Assembly: GCA_964016885.1 (NCBI GenBank)
Contig: OZ024741.1
Span: forward strand, 56,358,001-56,422,000
DNA: 64,000 nt
Source: Eledone cirrhosa
Lineage: Eukaryota
Direction of reading: 5' to 3'
Below the pieces are notes generated by a model. It did no database searches. It was given only the letters and a program-made list of their open reading frames with translations, and was not told the DNA's origin. The translations under genes and the position numbers were made by a program. Shown here in pieces: positions 59,126 to 64,000 of this stretch (the stretch's first letter is position 1; each line of letters begins with the position of its first letter).

Positions 59126-59139
59126 TGGCGACCCTGACG
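59126..59139 (+). promoter_or_regulatory. Primer-binding site, tRNA-Trp-like
   Basis: tggcgaccctgacg versus the tRNA-Trp complement tggtgaccccgacg, 1 nt after the LTR. Confidence 0.7.
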
Positions 59140-59689
59140 ATAAAGAATGAAAACGCAGCCTATTGGAGTCCGAAATTCTTTTTAACGGCAATGTGGAATG
59201 GCTTAACATTTGGAATGTCCGAATCACGTAGCGTAAGTCCATAAAATTCTCTATATTCCATTTGTTGTAGCACGCATACAGACAAACACAAAAATACAAC
59301 ACACAAAAAAAAAAAAAAAATAAAATAAAAATAAAGGATTTCTCTGGATATAGAATTTTGCTTCCAACATTCTGTGGAAATTACAAATGGAGATATTTCG
59401 TTTTCCCGCGTTCAGCTTGTCTTCTCCAATCCCAGCCATCTGATTGGCTGCATCGTGCCACATGACGGCTTCTTCATCACGGCCACATTTTTAAATCAGC
59501 CATCTTGGATTTTCTTACCATTAATTTTCATAGAAAATGATTTTTTTTATCATTAAAATTTTCTTTGGAATATTTTTTTTTTTAAAGAAAAAAAAATAGC
59601 AGTATTTCAAAACGGCTACCACCAATTACCAGCAATCAGCAGCAACACCTGGCTAACTATTGAGGTGGACTCGAACAGCAATCAGCATA

Positions 59690-59790
59690 ATTTGTACATG
59701 ATTCTATGTACTATACATGCACCTTTGATGAGTTGTAGTGCACCTGAGCACTGTACACAATAATTTCATTATTATTATTATTATTATTAT
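59690..59790 (+). mobile_element. CR1 3'-end fragment inside the Gypsy element
   Basis: Reverse complement of 1646-1735, with (ATT)n tail. Confidence 0.88.
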
Positions 59791-59799
59791 AATCCTTAT

Positions 59800-60090
59800 G
59801 TGGCTTCAGCTTGTGTCCCTCCACGCAGTTCTTCTGTGGCCGACGGCAAACTGTTGGAGTTGATTGAAGCTCTCACCAAAAAGGTAGAGGATTTGACGGT
59901 ACATCACAGAGAACCTTCTCAACGTTTGAGGTATCGTTCGCCGCCGTCCTCTATTCATCGCCAGCACTACAACGCAGACAACAATAATTCTTCGTTGTGT
60001 TGGTATCATGCTAACTTCGGCAGTAGGGCGCAACGTTGTCGCACGCCCTGTGATTACAAGAGATCGGGAAACGCAAAGCAGAGCCACTAG
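59800..60090 (+). pseudogene. Gypsy gag, C-terminal remnant only
   Basis: CWYHANFGSRAQRCRTPC (C-X2-H-X9-C-X3-C). Confidence 0.85.
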
Positions 60091-60107
60091 GAGCGGCTAG
60101 TGAACTC
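60066..60107 (+). promoter_or_regulatory. gag-pol -1 ribosomal frameshift signal
   Basis: G GGA AAC in the gag frame, then hairpin cactag-gagcgg-ctagtg; the -1 frame is open into FLVDTGA protease. Confidence 0.8.
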
Positions 60108-63100
60108 TGGGAAAACCGACCGAACCGCCATCTTTTCGTATACGACCGGCGGTCAAAAAAATTTTTCCTTGTCGATACTGGCGCGTCGCTGAGTATTTGG
60201 CCAGTCAGTTATCTCAAAAAAAGCCCAGCCGAAGCAAATATAAATCTACGAGCAGTCAACCACACGGCCATTCGAACGTATGGGCAAATTTCCCTTCCTC
60301 TTCGGTTAAAAAATTTGCGGCGTGATTTGAAGTGGAAGTTTACTATCGCCGACCTGCCATACGCCATTTTGGGAGCGGATTTTCTCCACCATTTTTCCTT
60401 GTTGGTGGACATTCGCAGACAACGCCTTGTTGATGCTGAGACAGGCCTTTCTTTCGAGGGTTCAGAGCCGGACGTCGCCACTGTCAGCCCTTCCTTTTTC
60501 TTGGCTGAAGTGGGCAACCAGTATCAAAGCCTGTTACATTCATTCCCTCAGTTGACGCAGGGAAAGTTACGAATAACTAGCCCGGATCATGCGATTGAAC
60601 ACTTCATATCCACTACAGGTCCACCTGTTTTCTCACGTCCTCGAAGACTATCTACAGAGAAGTTGAAAGCTGCACGTCTTGAATTCGACCACATGCTGGA
60701 ATTGGGAATAATTCGGCGCTCCACAAGTCCTTGGGCATCGCCTCTACATATGGTACTTAGATCTTCTGGGGATTGGAGACCGACGGGTGACTACTGACGC
60801 TTAAACGCGATTACTGTGCCTGACCGTTATCCAATCCCGCATTTGCAGGATTTTGCATCGTCATTGCAGGGTTGCAGAATCTTTTCTAAGCTTGATTTGA
60901 TCCGCGCTTATAATCAAATTCCGGTTAACAAGGAGGATATCCCAAAGACTGCTATTGCCACTCCTTTCGGATCATTCGAGTTCCTCACTATGCCTTTCGG
61001 CCTTAGAAATGCTGCAAGTACCTTCCAACGATTTATGGATGATATTACTCGGGGCCTGGATTTTGTGTACACGTATATCGATGACGTGTTGATTGCTAGT
61101 TCTTCCCCTCAGCAGCATTCAAAGTATCTGGATCTCGTATTCCGTCGTTTACAGAGATATAATGTGCGTATTAATGCTTCCAAGTGTGTTTTCGGCTCGA
61201 CTTCACTAACATTTTTAGGCCATCTGATTGACGCCGATGGTATTCGACCTCTTCCTGAGAAGGTTAAGGCAGTATCGGGTTTGCCTCCGCCAAGTTCACT
61301 GCGACAATTGCGTCAATTCCTGGGCCTTGTAAATTTTTATAGGCGATTCGTACCTGGTTGTTCCAAATTGCTGTTCTCGTTGACAGAGATTTTTAAGGGT
61401 TGCCGGCGTAAGAATATGGACACTTTCTTAAATAAAACGCAGCTTGATGATTTTAAAAAAGTGAAAAAGGCGTTAGCGAACGCGTCTTTGCTCGCCCACC
61501 CAGTACCCAACGCCGAGCTATCGCTCTGTGTTGATGCTTCGGATAGCGCCGTGGGCGCAGTCTTACAGCAGAAGTGTGATGGGGTACAGCAACCACTCGA
61601 GTTCTTTTCGAGGAAGTTAAAGCCTGCCGAAACTCGCTATAGCACATTTGGAAGGGAGCTATTAGCAATTTATTTATCAGTGAAACATTTTGCTCATGTA
61701 TTTGAAGGTAGAACATTCACCATTTTCACTGATCATATATCCTTGACGTTTGCTCTTCGAACTAAGGCAGACAAATACTCGCCCAGAGAGACGAGACATC
61801 TGGACTTCATCTCACAGTTCACGAACGACATTCAACATATTCCGGGTTCTTTGAATACAGCGGCCGATGCGCTGTCTCGCCTGCCGATCGCATCGATTTC
61901 GTCTTCCGAGGAGATAGATTTACATCGAATGGCAGCTGCCCAACCCACTCTCGAATCGTTGGATGTTACATCACCAGAGTTTGTACATTGCAAACTGAAA
62001 TACATTCCGATCTCAACTGCTGACGGACAGATACTGTGTGATGTTTCGTTGGACTCACCACGACCTCTAGTCCCAGTGGAACATCGACGAACTGCGTTTT
62101 TCGCTTTACATGGCATTTCTCACCCAGGAGTATCAGCCTCAGTAAAACTCATAACAGCCAGATTTTTCTGGCCTGGTATGAGACGTGACATTGCTGCTTG
62201 GTGTCGTTCCTGTGTCGCTTGCCAACAAGCGAAAGTTCATAGACATGTTAAGGCTCCTCTCGGAACCTTCACCTGCTCCGATGCAAGATTTCGTCACATT
62301 CATGTGGACATCGTCGGCCCGTGGCCGGTTAGTCGTGGTTTTTCGTATCTTTTGACGATTGTTGACCGTTTTTCGCGTTGGCCTGAAGCCGTCCCTATAA
62401 CAGATATCACCGCCGAAACCACAGCCCGTGCGCTCGTATCTTCGTGGATCGCTCGTTTCGGTGTACCAACCACCATAACAACGGATCGTGGTCGTCAATT
62501 TGAGTCTAACCTCTTCCGAGAACTAACCTAAATCCTGGGGGCTACTCGAATAAGAACCACGGCTTACCACCCAGCCTCAAACGGAATGGTGGAAAGATTC
62601 CACAGGCAGCTCAAAGCCTCCTTAAGGGCTTCCATGGGCTCTTCACGTTGGAGCGAGTACCTACCTATTGTATTGTTGGGTATTCGGTCGACGGTAAAGG
62701 TGGACCTTTGGTTCTCCTCTGCCGAATTAGTTTATGGTACGCCTCTGGCGTTACCGGGGCAAATGCTGGCCCCTTTTGACCTGACTTCGCAGGACCCCGC
62801 TTCCTACGTGTCCCGGCTTCACTCTTATTTCAAGGATCTACCACCGATGGGCACTAGGAAGCAGACTGTAAAAACTACCGTCCCAAGGGATATTGCCTTG
62901 TGGACCCATGTGTTCGTTAGAGACGACGCCGTGAGACCCCTCTTCAACGGCCGTACTCTGGACCCTATCGTGTGCTTGCTCGCACAGACAAACATTTCAC
63001 ACTGGACATTCGGGGTTCCAGGGAAACGGTTTCCGTTGATCGTCTCAAACGAGCAAACCTGGACAATGACACAATGACACTTGAAACTCAAATGCCTCCC

Positions 63101-63200
63101 TCTTTTTCTTTGCCACACAGGCCTATTTCTTCCCCCTCCCCACCATCAACACACAGAACTACGACCCGTTCTGGGCGAAGGGTGCATTGGCCCCGTAAGC
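60072..63200 (+). pseudogene. Gypsy pol (protease, RT, RNase H, integrase) with stops at 60795 and 62529 and a frameshift near 62940
   Basis: [55 protein letters not shown]. Confidence 0.92.
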
Positions 63201-63687
63201 TATGCAGTAATCATCAACTGAATTGTATTTTTTTTTTTTTTTTTTTTTTTCTTTCCATCTTTGTTGTACATTGCATTTTGTTACTTTTTGATTCTTGACT
63301 GCCTACGGCAGTGTCAATATATTATATTTTGCGTAACATTACGACTGTTGTCAATTCTGACACAGTCCATTTTTTTTTTTTTTTTTTTTTTTTAGTGCAT
63401 TTTTATAACTATGCTACATATGGCATTTTCATTGCCTAGCAAAACCTTTTTTTTCTTGTTTATCGCATCTGGGGCCCCTTTATTGCGAAGAGTGTTATCT
63501 TTTCATGCATTTTGCATCTTTTACTGTACGTTTTTTTCTTTTTTTTTTTTTCTGTGTTAATGCTCGCAGACATGAACCTATTTATTATTTTTTTTTTTTG
63601 ATTTGTTGATACATTCTTCTACATTTTGTAAACTACCTTCGCTTCATTGTTAACGATTTTTCGACAAAAAATCTGCTCCGAGGTGAA

Positions 63688-63951
63688 TGTAGTGGCTGAG
63701 ATGGTCGCTTGGCAACTAGCAGTTGCCTCCCCTTAACAACCCTTCAGAGAGCGGAGGCAAAAATATACCCGGACACAGCCACAGGTTCACTCACTCTTTT
63801 TGGACCACGGACATGAACAGACGTGGAAAGATCCGCTCCTCAAAATATTGACGTTGTAGGAAATTTACTAAATTATTGCATTAAATAAAATGATTGTTAG
63901 ACTTGATTGTTCATTTATTTATTCGACAAAGAGAAACATCCCTTTTCTTTA
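63688..63951 (+). repeat. 3' LTR
   Basis: tgtagtggct...ccttttcttta; followed by GATA. Confidence 0.93.
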
Positions 63952-64000
63952 GATATATCCTCTGAACTTTGGTTAATCTCCCAAGGGATTAGTTTTCCAA

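Larger units (their letters stand above)
58861..63951 (+). mobile_element. Gypsy LTR retrotransposon, CsRn1-like, recent but defective
   Basis: 264-bp LTRs with 2 mismatches, GATA 4-bp TSD, tRNA-Trp-like PBS, CHCC gag motif, PR-RT-RH-IN order. Confidence 0.93.

Overview
Repeat-dense animal genomic DNA. The SINE/LINE repertoire resembles coleoid cephalopod (octopus-like) genomes; this is an inference. The one host gene is the 3' part of SMARCAL1 (SNF2-family annealing helicase) on the + strand: 10 phase-consistent GT-AG exons from 17165 to the stop at 40336, with the 5' exons outside the window. The rest is mostly mobile DNA. There are two head-to-tail L1/Tx1-clade LINEs at 1.2-16.5 kb (the second near-intact; the first carries a nested CR1-type LINE with an intact ORF2) and two more Tx1 copies at 46.8-55.6 kb. 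Also present are three RTE-clade LINEs, three SINE families, a recent but defective CsRn1-like Gypsy element with near-identical LTRs, remnants of Penelope, hAT, R4-like, Helitron and piggyBac-type elements, minisatellites and long palindromes. The most notable observations are: a strand-biased A-to-G hypermutated LINE 3'UTR next to an unmutated duplicate; a 5' splice site at the ORF1/ORF2 junction of three divergent Tx1 copies; an AUG-less CR1 ORF2 reachable through a G_GGA_AAC -1 slippery site; a 3' end shared by a SINE family and the Tx1 LINEs; and a DNMT1-type PIP-box-like motif in the SMARCAL1 C-terminal exon. All family calls are by-eye motif recognition, not database searches.
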